A stretch of 64,000 nucleotides of DNA, taken from IMG/VR virus record IMGVR_UViG_3300035698_013362, positions 1-64,000 of that record. One strand, written 5' to 3'. The position numbers and the translations under genes are program-made. Positions 20,485 through 29,994 of this stretch are shown in pieces. Under the pieces are notes generated by a model. That model did not search any database. It worked only from the letters and a program-made list of their open reading frames with translations, and had not been told where the DNA came from. This DNA is from a virus. The first letter of the stretch is position 1. Each line of letters opens with the position of its first letter.

Positions 20485-21306
20485 ATGTTTACTAAACTAA
20501 ATTTAAATATCCCAATGTTTTGTTTTCATTGTAATCAACCAACTACAATGAAAGGTCCACACCTCGTATGTGCTAATGATGCTTGTACTGGAAACCAAAT
20601 CAAGCAAATGAATACATTCCTTCGTGCTTGTGGAATTCAAGGTTTCTCTGAATCAACTTTGGAAAAATGGAAGCTTACTTCGATCGAAAAGGTAATGGCC
20701 TTCTACCCTAACACTCCTAATGAAAAGAAATTTCTTAATGAGCTATATGGTAATGTCTTCAACAAATCGAAACGTGATTTGATTATTGCTCTGCCATTCC
20801 ATAACTTCGGTTCAACCCTTGTGACCCGTATGCTTGATACATATGGTAAGCAACGTATGGCTCATAACGATATCCTCGTAGATGGAATCAGTGCTGAACG
20901 TCAACGCAACTTCAAATCTCAGTTCGCTGAACTTGTGAAATGGGTTGAAGTTATTACTCATGACAATCGTTGGAAGCCCCAGGTCGCCGTTAGACAAAAC
21001 ACTTCACCTCTCAGCAATAAACTATCAGGCCTCAGCTTTTGCTTTACAGGAAAGCTTACTACAATGACTCGTTCTGATGCTGAGAAATATGTTAAGTCTA
21101 ATGGTGGTGAAGTCAAATCGGTTTCAGCTAAGCTTACTTATCTTGTTACTAACAATCCTAACAGTGGTACCTCCAAGAACAAAAAAGCTCAGAACCTTGG
21201 TGTACAACTCATTACTGAAAAACAGTTTGGTGAATTACTCGGTAAGAAGATTGAAGATAAAAAGACTGAAGATAAATCAACACTTTTCGACATCAACGAT
21301 CTATAA
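20485..21306 (+). CDS. NAD-dependent DNA ligase, C-terminal subunit (Zn finger, HhH, BRCT)
   Basis: PMFCFHC...LVCANDAC; BRCT LSGLSFCFTGKL...GG..SVS..LTYLV...K..KA. Confidence 0.9.
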   Translation: MFTKLNLNIPMFCFHCNQPTTMKGPHLVCANDACTGNQIKQMNTFLRACGIQGFSESTLEKWKLTSIEKVMAFYPNTPNEKKFLNELYGNVFNKSKRDLIIALPFHNFGSTLVTRMLDTYGKQRMAHNDILVDGISAERQRNFKSQFAELVKWVEVITHDNRWKPQVAVRQNTSPLSNKLSGLSFCFTGKLTTMTRSDAEKYVKSNGGEVKSVSAKLTYLVTNNPNSGTSKNKKAQNLGVQLITEKQFGELLGKKIEDKKTEDKSTLFDINDL

Positions 21307-21469
21307 TCAATTATGAACCGAATGAAACAACGTGAACGCATTCAAAAGGAAAAAATCCCTCTACCAATTTAATCTGGGATGAAGAATACCAAGAAAGATT
21401 GGATGCAAATAAAGTAATAAAGAAAGAAAATAAATTCAAGAAGTTCTATAATAATTTACGAAACAAAAT

Positions 21470-21503
21470 GCGCGGTTAGCTCAGTTGGCTAGAGCACTGC
21501 CCT
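21470..21503 (+). pseudogene. 5' half of a tRNA gene (truncated at anticodon loop)
   Basis: GCGCGGT-TA-GCTC-AGTTGGCTA-GAGC-A-CTGCC-CT gives acceptor 5' strand, D arm and anticodon 5' stem; no T arm follows. Confidence 0.7.
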
Positions 21504-21754
21504 AGCATCCAGAAAGATAAGTCAAATGAAGTGGATACGCGGATTGAAACTTATTAAGTAAGGTACTAGGTTGAAAGTGAAAGCTCGAGAGGTGAAAAGT
21601 TCTATTGGCATTCAATCTTTGGTCGTATATTTGGTATGTTCGTTTGTGGATTAATATTTGGATCAGCTGGGTTTATTTACGGTCTTGTTTTTTCATGGTT
21701 AGATCAATAAATTCGTATCTATATTATAGTTAATTCTAAATAAGGAAAGCTATT

Positions 21755-22684
21755 ATGAATACAGATATTCTAGATGATATCTTAGGTGAAAACCTTGACC
21801 AAGCCCAACAGTGTAAAAATGTTCCAACATTAATTGTTGATACTTCTTACCTTGCATACCACTCCATGTTTTCTGCATGGAATACGTTCCGTGATCAATA
21901 CAGTGATCTATGCCCAGTTGATAAAGACCCAGACTTTGATCCAGGTGATCATCCAGAGTTCTTGGCTATATTCAAACAACGTTTCTACTCAAGCGTCCTA
22001 ACGGCGCCTATGAAGTATCATCCGTTTATTGAAGAAAGAAATATCATCTTCGCAACTGATTGCCCTAAGAAGAATATCTGGCGTATTGAACACTATCCAG
22101 AATATAAACAGGAACGTCGTGATGCTAAGAAAGAAGATAAGCCCTTTGCCTTTAAACGTACATTTTCCTTTCTCTACAATACTATACTTCCTGAATGGGA
22201 AGACCTTGGTTCGATTGTAGTAGGTGCCCCTTGTTCAGAAGGTGATGATGTTATTGCCACGCTCGTAAAGAATAAAATTGCTAAGACGTTTATCGTAATG
22301 GCTTCTGACCGAGATATTCTTCAGTTGTCTTCTCCTACTTGTACAATGATTAATGTTAAAGGTGATCATATCACTTATTCCAACGAGCTCGATATTCCTG
22401 AAGAAGAATTGGAAGAACGTAACTTTACTGGAAAGCATTACATCCTTATTAAAGCAATGATGGGTGACCGTTCAGATGGTATTACTCAGATTCATAAGCG
22501 CTGTGGTAAGAAGACTGCAATCAAATACTTCTTTGATCCTGATCTTTTAAATGCAAAACGTGCTTCAGATCCAGGAATTGATCCTATTATCAAGAACAAC
22601 ATTTTGATTATGGACTTCGATTATATTCCAGATGAAATTGATTCAGCTATCATGACTAAGTATAAGGAACAAATCAATTGCTAA
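21755..22684 (+). CDS. rnh: RNase H / 5'-3' exonuclease (T4 rnh-like)
   Basis: LIVDTS, WR...YPEYKQER, EGDDVIA, SDRDILQL, GDRSDGI. Confidence 0.92.
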   Translation: MNTDILDDILGENLDQAQQCKNVPTLIVDTSYLAYHSMFSAWNTFRDQYSDLCPVDKDPDFDPGDHPEFLAIFKQRFYSSVLTAPMKYHPFIEERNIIFATDCPKKNIWRIEHYPEYKQERRDAKKEDKPFAFKRTFSFLYNTILPEWEDLGSIVVGAPCSEGDDVIATLVKNKIAKTFIVMASDRDILQLSSPTCTMINVKGDHITYSNELDIPEEELEERNFTGKHYILIKAMMGDRSDGITQIHKRCGKKTAIKYFFDPDLLNAKRASDPGIDPIIKNNILIMDFDYIPDEIDSAIMTKYKEQINC

Positions 22685-23205
22685 AACAGCTTAAAGGTAA
22701 AGATTTACCTGCTCTGAGAGAAGAGTGGTGGGAAGAGAATGGTAAGAAATGTCTTATCACAGGGCTCACTATTCCTCTCTCGGAGGCTGTTATGGATCAC
22801 CAACATAAACTCAAATCTGATTTAGCAGATGAATCAGGTCCAGGTTGTTGTCGTGGGGTCCTATCTTTCCAAGGTAATGCGTGGGAAGGTAAAGTGACTA
22901 ATTCATTTAGACGATTAGGTCTCAATAAGAAAACGGATATAGTTACTGCATTAAGAAACCTTGCTGCTTTTCTAGAATGTAATCACGTTCACACAGATGA
23001 AGTTGTATGGATTCATCCTTCTGAAGAGCCTAAAGCACTTAAGATAACAAAACGATGTTACAATAAGTTATTGACTGCTATTAAGAAAGATAAGAATGCT
23101 AAGGGCAAAGTGCCTAAATATACAGGACGTTTCTCTAAGCCACTTGAAAAGCTTATGGATAAATACGAAATCGAAATTGAATATTATGAGAGTTTTAGCT
23201 GTTGA
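22678..23205 (+). CDS. 49: recombination endonuclease VII (gp49-like)
   Basis: KCLIT, VMDHQH, RGVL...NAWEGKV, WIHP. Confidence 0.8.
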   Translation: MLKQLKGKDLPALREEWWEENGKKCLITGLTIPLSEAVMDHQHKLKSDLADESGPGCCRGVLSFQGNAWEGKVTNSFRRLGLNKKTDIVTALRNLAAFLECNHVHTDEVVWIHPSEEPKALKITKRCYNKLLTAIKKDKNAKGKVPKYTGRFSKPLEKLMDKYEIEIEYYESFSC

Positions 23206-23827
23206 TGCCGTAACACTAATAAATCAAGCCGTATGTAATAACCTTGAACTATTTAAAGGATATATGGGTACTGGTGCATTTAAATCTCTATCTCTTGGTT
23301 GGAAGGATATTGAATCTGATCTCAATCATACTATTACTGCTCTTTCAGCTTGGGCGTTCCGTAATGATGCCAAGATTCTTATTATCGATGGTGGAACCCC
23401 TTATCATCATTTGTATATTACCTCAGGTGATTTAGAAGATATACCTAATATAGCATTTAAGTGTGTTCTTGATCCAATGATCCGAGAACATTATGCTATG
23501 TTCAATATTTCTCTTCCAACTACGGCTCAACTTTGTGACATCTTTAGTGAATTAATGAAACCTAAATATGTAAACATTGTCCCAGTGTCTTTGAATCTGG
23601 ATTATGATACTACATTAATTAATCTTAATTATAATTCACTTGTTCATATTGAAGAACTTGATCTAGATGAAATAACCAAAAGGGGTACTGAAGATGGGAT
23701 TGTAATCAGTCCTTATACGTTCTATAATATGATAGCCGAATCACAACTGGTTGTTCGACATAATGATCGACTCGATTCTTTTATTAAAACTCAGGCTGAG
23801 CTCGCGTTGAGCACAGTATTCAACTAA
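23186..23827 (+). CDS. hypothetical protein
   Basis: ATG 23186 within ORF 23096..23827; MRVLAVDA start. Confidence 0.65.
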   Translation: MRVLAVDAVTLINQAVCNNLELFKGYMGTGAFKSLSLGWKDIESDLNHTITALSAWAFRNDAKILIIDGGTPYHHLYITSGDLEDIPNIAFKCVLDPMIREHYAMFNISLPTTAQLCDIFSELMKPKYVNIVPVSLNLDYDTTLINLNYNSLVHIEELDLDEITKRGTEDGIVISPYTFYNMIAESQLVVRHNDRLDSFIKTQAELALSTVFN

Positions 23828-23849
23828 ACCCGAACAAAAGGAAATAGCT

Positions 23850-24302
23850 ATGTTCGTAAAAAATACAGAAATACTCATTGCAGGGGACAATTATGTAGAT
23901 GTTATTGGATATCCAATCCAGTTCGTTACACGTAAGAGTTCTATTGCTTCATATAACTTTGCACAGAAGATTATGTTCTTCTCGCATATCAACCGAACCA
24001 TTACAGAAGTTAAGACGGCCGAATTCAATATGGTCAAATTGATTGCTCGTAATACTAAAGGTCGTGCATTTGAAGTTGTATGTGACGACAAAACCCTTAT
24101 TGGCATTAGCCGTGGACGTTACATTGAATATGTTGAAGTTCGTTCATTGAAAGAAAACTCAAGCATCTTGATCGATGACGAAGGCCTTCTCTGTAAGATT
24201 CAAGTAATTGAGCCTTACTACGAAAATGTAGATAAAGTGTATAACACTGGATCTAACAAAGGCAGCAACAAATTCGTTAATGGATTAATGTTCAAGGCGT
24301 AA
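23850..24302 (+). CDS. free-standing Hint (intein-like) domain protein lacking catalytic residues
   Basis: Block A-like MFVKNTEILI, block B-like VCDDKTLI...YVEVRSLKENSSIL, block F/G-like KVYN...KFVNGLMFKA. Confidence 0.65.
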   Translation: MFVKNTEILIAGDNYVDVIGYPIQFVTRKSSIASYNFAQKIMFFSHINRTITEVKTAEFNMVKLIARNTKGRAFEVVCDDKTLIGISRGRYIEYVEVRSLKENSSILIDDEGLLCKIQVIEPYYENVDKVYNTGSNKGSNKFVNGLMFKA

Positions 24303-24305
24303 ACT

Positions 24306-24842
24306 ATGGCACATCAACTGAAGAAATTTAAAGTAACTGATGGTGATTCTGGAGGTGAATCTTTCACTGAAGGATTCAATAAAGGCGAAGTGATGCAAGA
24401 TCTTCAGCGCATGGGTTGTATGAGTTCTGGTACAACCGTTGAAGAGGTTGATCCTAGAACTAATTTACCTATTGATGGTACACAATTGCCACCAGTAAGA
24501 AGTAATGCGCCTATGCCACCAGTAAGGGCTCCTCTTGGTGCCACTGAAGGTCGTATCTTTACTATCCCTGGAACTAATCAGAAGATTAAAGATATCAATG
24601 GAACTCTTTACGGGCTCCAGTGGGTTAGTATCTCTAAAGAAGATTTGATTAGTCGAATCGGATGTGATGATATTTCTCCTGAAGGTGATACTCGTGATTA
24701 TGTGCCTATGAAGATCTTTGACTGGGTTCTCCTTGATCAAGAGAAGGAACCAGAAATTGAAATTGAAACTGGGCCAATGCAAGATCCAGCAATAATTGAA
24801 AAGGAAGAAGAAGATGATAGCAAAACAAGTATTATGGTTTAA
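24306..24842 (+). CDS. hypothetical protein
   Basis: 178-aa ORF with Pro-rich linker. Confidence 0.7.
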   Translation: MAHQLKKFKVTDGDSGGESFTEGFNKGEVMQDLQRMGCMSSGTTVEEVDPRTNLPIDGTQLPPVRSNAPMPPVRAPLGATEGRIFTIPGTNQKIKDINGTLYGLQWVSISKEDLISRIGCDDISPEGDTRDYVPMKIFDWVLLDQEKEPEIEIETGPMQDPAIIEKEEEDDSKTSIMV

Positions 24843-25104
24843 TAGTCGTAAAGAGTTTTACGATTGGGTTGTTGGTTCTGAACTAGCAATATCAGAAGAA
24901 GAACTCGAAACGAATGAGAAGAAGAAGTTTATGCTTCTTCCACCACTCGATACAGTTGTTACCTACCTTGATCTTACTAACTACTTTGTTTGTGATAATA
25001 TGCAAACAATTGTATGGATGAAGAAAGAGGAAGAAGAAGGTAAGGAACCAACTATTCAAGCGGTGCCGATTATGATCAATTCAGATAAACTTGAAATTGA
25101 TTAA
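24814..25104 (+). CDS. hypothetical protein
   Basis: ATG 24814 in ORF 24796..25104. Confidence 0.6.
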   Translation: MIAKQVLWFNSRKEFYDWVVGSELAISEEELETNEKKKFMLLPPLDTVVTYLDLTNYFVCDNMQTIVWMKKEEEEGKEPTIQAVPIMINSDKLEID

Positions 25105-25124
25105 GTTCAAAGTTCTTAAACTAG

Positions 25125-25152
25125 AAAAGCTATCCATTGGATAGCTTTTTTT
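25125..25152. terminator. bidirectional rho-independent terminator
   Basis: AAAAGCTATCCA-TTGGATAGCTTTTTTT between convergent genes. Confidence 0.85.
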
Positions 25153-25170
25153 GTATCAAGATGAAAGTGT

Positions 25171-25491
25171 TTAATCTTCGTCAGGATCTTTAGCATTCAT
25201 TTCCATATCTTCAACATATTTTGAAGACAGCATATTCTGCATAGTTGTCATGAAATGCTCTCGAATAGAATCAACAAATTTACCATGTTGAAGTAATCCA
25301 CCAAGTCCCATAACAACTTCTTCCTGTGGAGTAAGTGTATGTTTACCTTTAAGAGTACAAATGGTTTCACATTTACCATTACCTCTTAATACGAGAGCGA
25401 CATCATCACGAGCCAATTCAATTGTTTGCTTCACTTCTTTTGAAACGATATCGTCTTCTTTATTTTGTTTCTTCTTTAAAAAATTCTTCAT
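25171..25491 (-). CDS. hypothetical protein
   Basis: 106-aa ORF, ATGA overlap. Confidence 0.7.
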   Translation of the reverse strand: MKNFLKKKQNKEDDIVSKEVKQTIELARDDVALVLRGNGKCETICTLKGKHTLTPQEEVVMGLGGLLQHGKFVDSIREHFMTTMQNMLSSKYVEDMEMNAKDPDED

Positions 25492-26588
25492 TTAATCAAC
25501 CTATCAAATACATCTGTATGGTAATGGAGATTGTTTTCCAACCACCAGCCTTTATTTCGATCTTCAGTATTACCTGATTCCATTATAGCGTTATTTTTAT
25601 TTATCTCAGCATTTAAGCTTTTGTCATCCTTAAATATTCTATCAATTTGATTCTGTAGAGCGTTAGCATCACTGAATACTGAATTGGTATGTTTATTGTA
25701 AGTGCAAATGTCCTGTCCAAGGAAAGGAATACGAGAAGCAGCTGCCTCTAATAATTTGATATTTGATTTAGCTTGATTGAACTTACTATCTTCAAGTGGA
25801 GCAATAACCAAATCTAATTCTTTAGACTTAAGGCAATTCAAGTAGTTAAGGAATGGTGATCCAGAAGTAGTAGATATCTTACCTTGTTCAAGCAAATGCC
25901 ATAGACGTTTAGGAACATGAGCGAAGAACACCCACTCATATTTGTCACATGTCGCTTCAATAAAATCAATGATATGAGAGAAGTCATCCTGCGTTGTAGC
26001 ATTTGCTGAATGATTGAAATGTGAAAATGAGCATGGGAACCCGATGCGTAGGCGACGATTCTTTGGCACCTGCTTCGTCACAGGCGGAGTATAAGACCAC
26101 CATTGTGGTATAAAGTTAGGTACAACTCTAAATTTCTTCAGGTCAATCCCTAGCTTAGTATGGTAATACATACCTAATTCTACCGTAGAAACAGTAACAG
26201 CATCAGCATGTTTAAACATACATTGGATATTAGGTCCTGTCTTGGCGTGTTCTGGAGTGCTAGGGTTGTGAGGAGGCATATCTTCACCGATTAGAATATC
26301 ATCTATATCGTATATGACTTTCACTCCCTTGCGCGCCTGTAGCTCACTTAGGTAAGCTTGAAAGTATTTAGTGTGGTTTTCACTATGGAACCGCTGAGCC
26401 TTGAAGATACAATTCTCATTTACACTTCCACTTAATGATGTAGATGGACCATCAAATCTTATAGATGAATAAAACATTTCCTTCTGAGCTCTTAAAGCCA
26501 TATCAGGAAATGCCATTCGATAATAACCACAAGCAAAGTGGTCCATCTGCATATTAATTACAATAGCTGTCTTTTTAGGTTTGTTCAT
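25488..26588 (-). CDS. GT-B fold glycosyltransferase
   Basis: CGYYRM, YDIDD, ADAVTVST, VVPN, DLVIAPL..FNQAKSNIKLLE. Confidence 0.82.
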   Translation of the reverse strand: MNKPKKTAIVINMQMDHFACGYYRMAFPDMALRAQKEMFYSSIRFDGPSTSLSGSVNENCIFKAQRFHSENHTKYFQAYLSELQARKGVKVIYDIDDILIGEDMPPHNPSTPEHAKTGPNIQCMFKHADAVTVSTVELGMYYHTKLGIDLKKFRVVPNFIPQWWSYTPPVTKQVPKNRRLRIGFPCSFSHFNHSANATTQDDFSHIIDFIEATCDKYEWVFFAHVPKRLWHLLEQGKISTTSGSPFLNYLNCLKSKELDLVIAPLEDSKFNQAKSNIKLLEAAASRIPFLGQDICTYNKHTNSVFSDANALQNQIDRIFKDDKSLNAEINKNNAIMESGNTEDRNKGWWLENNLHYHTDVFDRLIK

Positions 26589-28872
26589 TAGATAAGGTTG
26601 AAGTGCCTTCTGATTTAGTGACCTTCATTACATGGTCAAATGTTTCGGTTAATTCTTCGAGTATCTCTGTTCTATGAGAGATAACAATACAACTTAAATT
26701 AGAATCTTTAGTCTTGTTCTTGAGGATGTTAATAACAGCGAATAAGGCATATCCATCAATTCCACTGTCAAGCACTTCATCAACAATCAAGAGGTTAGTA
26801 ACGAATCCATTTGTACAAAGGATATCACGGAACGAAAGCATTACAGCCATATCTAATCGACGACGTTCACCACTAGAGAAATCGAAGTAATCACATTCAC
26901 CTGTTATCGTGAAGAATTCGTATTCGAACTTGTCGTTGAAGATGACTGTGTAGTCAGTTCCCATTTCGGCAAGGTACTTTTTGATGAGGACGTTAAGTGA
27001 AGCCACGATATTAGACACGATGTATCTCTTGACCCCGTTCTCGTCGTAGATGTTTGACAGTAGTTCATGTTTCCTTTGATCTTTAAATATTCCTTCAATG
27101 TTACCTAATGCATGATCAACTTTCTTCTTTGCATCATTAACAAGATCCTTGAATGGATTTTCCTTTTCAAGAATTTTCTTTTGAACTTCTTCTAAATCAA
27201 CCGCTTTATTGATAAGATCGTATAGGTGATCATTATCGATATTAGCCTGATTGATCTGTGCAGTAAGCATATTCATTTCACCCATCATCTGGTTGATTTT
27301 AATAGCACGTTCCTGCTGAGCAGACATAACATCACTAATGGCTTCAAGATTCTCTTCACGAGCCTTAGTAATTAAACGAAGTTCAGTGTTTTTAATTTCT
27401 TGTTCGGCACTAGTTTCAGCACTAGTCACTTTAGCTTTTAAAACATCAAGGCCAGGTGAATCAATGAATCTAGTTAGCTTATTTTCTTTTTCAAGTAGAT
27501 CAGCAATCTTAGGATCAATTTCTCTTGCACGCTCACATAACGTGGAATATTCTTCAGTCAATAAACCTTCAGTTTGAAGCATTTCAGAATTAGCTTTGTT
27601 AAGCTTATCGTAAGCCTTTTGATCAAAGTCAAAATGTTTAGCAGTAGCTTTCTTGCACTCAGCACAAAGGATATCATATGTAACATCTAATTTCTTTTTG
27701 ATAGCATCAAGAGCAATAATCTGGCTACAAATATCAGAACGATGTTTAGAAACTTTCTTTAATTTGTCTTCATTTAAACTAGTAGCTTCAGATTGAATTC
27801 GTTCCTGATCTTCTTTATGAGATTCAATTAAATCATTAATGATCGTAATAGCTTCTTCAGCTACTTTGACTTTAGCTTCAATTGCATCAATTTCAATTTG
27901 AACTTCAGCTTTAAGATCTTCTATTGCTGCATATTGTTCCTGTTGGAACTCAGCTAGATCATCAGTAATATCAGGTTCTTGAGCTTCAACTTCAGTTTGT
28001 TTTTCCTTTAGAACCTTAAGTTCAGCAGCAAATACATTAGTTTCAGCTTCAATTGTTTTTCTTTGAGTCTCTAATTTCTTAATATCTACTTTGTTCTTTT
28101 CGAGTTCCTTGATATCGGCTTTAATTGTTTTAATTTTTGCCAAATGGGAATCTGCTTCTGCTTTAATTTCGTCTGTGAACTGTTGTAATTTACTAGATAA
28201 TCCCTTATGCGTTTCTCTGTGGTTCTCGAGGATCTCACGTTGTGCTCCTAGGTCCTTTTTTAAGGAACGAAGTTGTTTGCTAACTTCGGTATTGATTTCA
28301 CCAAAGGCTTCGATCTTAAATAATGTATCTAAGTAAGATTCTTTAGTACCCTTTGGAAGTTGGAAAAAGTTCTGGATGTTATTAGTTGACAGAACAACTG
28401 AGTTACGGAATGTATCGATATCAGTCTTAAGGATCTCGTCAGCAATATATTTAAGGGTATTAGCTTTAGTGCCAATAGTTTCATCGTTTTTAGGACAAAC
28501 TTCACCTTTATAAAGTTCAGCAGCAATAGAGACATTGCCTGAACGAGCAGAACGGTTCAGGATGCAATGAACATTCCACTCTTGCATGTTAACTTCCATT
28601 TTGAGCTTAATCCATCCTATGTTATCAGGGGACGCTCTATTGAAGATACGCTTATTATTAAATATATTAGAAGCTTTACCAAAGAGAACCATTAACAATG
28701 CATCAACAAATATAGCAGATTTACCTACTCCATTCTTCAATTCAGGTATATCAAGGTTTTCACCTAATACATAAGTCATCCCAGCTAGATCCTCGAAGTT
28801 AACTACAACTTCTTCAGGCCCAATCGACTTATAGTTCTTCATCGCGATAGTTTTAAAATTAATCATGTTCAT
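26575..28872 (-). CDS. 46: recombination endonuclease ATPase subunit (gp46/Rad50/SbcC)
   Basis: NGVGKS, coiled coil, CAEC hook, FSSGE signature, IVDEVLD, ISH. Confidence 0.95.
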   Translation of the reverse strand: MNMINFKTIAMKNYKSIGPEEVVVNFEDLAGMTYVLGENLDIPELKNGVGKSAIFVDALLMVLFGKASNIFNNKRIFNRASPDNIGWIKLKMEVNMQEWNVHCILNRSARSGNVSIAAELYKGEVCPKNDETIGTKANTLKYIADEILKTDIDTFRNSVVLSTNNIQNFFQLPKGTKESYLDTLFKIEAFGEINTEVSKQLRSLKKDLGAQREILENHRETHKGLSSKLQQFTDEIKAEADSHLAKIKTIKADIKELEKNKVDIKKLETQRKTIEAETNVFAAELKVLKEKQTEVEAQEPDITDDLAEFQQEQYAAIEDLKAEVQIEIDAIEAKVKVAEEAITIINDLIESHKEDQERIQSEATSLNEDKLKKVSKHRSDICSQIIALDAIKKKLDVTYDILCAECKKATAKHFDFDQKAYDKLNKANSEMLQTEGLLTEEYSTLCERAREIDPKIADLLEKENKLTRFIDSPGLDVLKAKVTSAETSAEQEIKNTELRLITKAREENLEAISDVMSAQQERAIKINQMMGEMNMLTAQINQANIDNDHLYDLINKAVDLEEVQKKILEKENPFKDLVNDAKKKVDHALGNIEGIFKDQRKHELLSNIYDENGVKRYIVSNIVASLNVLIKKYLAEMGTDYTVIFNDKFEYEFFTITGECDYFDFSSGERRRLDMAVMLSFRDILCTNGFVTNLLIVDEVLDSGIDGYALFAVINILKNKTKDSNLSCIVISHRTEILEELTETFDHVMKVTKSEGTSTLSNEQT

Positions 28873-29894
28873 ACGTTAGATTTCTCTTTGAATATTGCTA
28901 TGGCTATAGGACGAATCATCTTACGTTCATCATCCTCAATATCCATGTCATCAATGTATTTGTTAATTGCTTCTTCGTGTGACATTACAGAAACATCACC
29001 AAGCGTTGCTTGAATATTAGATAATTCCTTCTGGTATTGGTAATCCAGCTCAATGCTCTTAGGGCCCTGTGTTCCAAAGGCTTGAACAACCTTTACTACG
29101 CTGTCATATTCGTAGTCCGCATCAATGATGATTTTAAGATAATTATTGGATATCTGCTTTGTATCAAAGGTCTTGATTGTTGACCATCTGACTGGGATGT
29201 GTTTTGGTGAGAAGTCATTTTCGTAAAAGGTAAATGAGCTATCATCCGTGTCGAAAACATAAAACCCTTTTGGATTGCCGACATCTCCCCAGTTCTGCTC
29301 GTTCGGGCAGCCTCCTGTAATAATTGTTCCAGTTTTAGTAGCATAGTCTTTCCTTATGTGAAAGTGGCCAGAGAAGATCTTCGGGGCAACGTCTGTCAAC
29401 TGTTCCATGGTGTAAGCACCTTGATGAACAGCTCCCACTAATGCAGCGCCGGTAAAGTCGAAGTGCCCAAATGCAGCGCTAAGATGCTTCTCTTTTTTGG
29501 GGCTGTATCCCCATGGACACAGAGCTAAAGTTTTACCATCCTTTTCGATTTCAGCATATTCTTTATACACTGAAACATTTTCAATTAGGGCAAACTGCTC
29601 TACAGAGTTAACATCGTTGGAATGTTTGTAATGACAATCATGATTACCAATGATAAAGTGAGTGTGTTCGAATAGAGCAGCAAATTTCTCTAATGCCCAT
29701 CGAGCTCGTTCTTGAGTTCCTACAGAAAGGAAGTCACGTGAGTGGTTCCAATCTCCACCAAAAATTACTTCACGACAACCAAGCTTCTTCATCTGCTTGC
29801 CGTACTTGTGCATTACTTCCTCACAAGCTTTTACTTTGTCGTTATTATTTTTGTTGACACCCCAATGGATATCAGTGAAACACCCTATACGCAT
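28869..29894 (-). CDS. 47: recombination endonuclease nuclease subunit (gp47/Mre11/SbcD)
   Basis: TDIHWG, GGD, GNHD, GHF, SGHFH. Confidence 0.95.
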   Translation of the reverse strand: MRIGCFTDIHWGVNKNNNDKVKACEEVMHKYGKQMKKLGCREVIFGGDWNHSRDFLSVGTQERARWALEKFAALFEHTHFIIGNHDCHYKHSNDVNSVEQFALIENVSVYKEYAEIEKDGKTLALCPWGYSPKKEKHLSAAFGHFDFTGAALVGAVHQGAYTMEQLTDVAPKIFSGHFHIRKDYATKTGTIITGGCPNEQNWGDVGNPKGFYVFDTDDSSFTFYENDFSPKHIPVRWSTIKTFDTKQISNNYLKIIIDADYEYDSVVKVVQAFGTQGPKSIELDYQYQKELSNIQATLGDVSVMSHEEAINKYIDDMDIEDDERKMIRPIAIAIFKEKSNV

Positions 29895-29994
29895 AATTAT
29901 ACTCCAATTAAAGGATAAATAATTATAGAATTAAAGGAGATGTAATGTATCATATAATCTATAGATCCCACTTTGATAATTGCAAGTTTAAATA

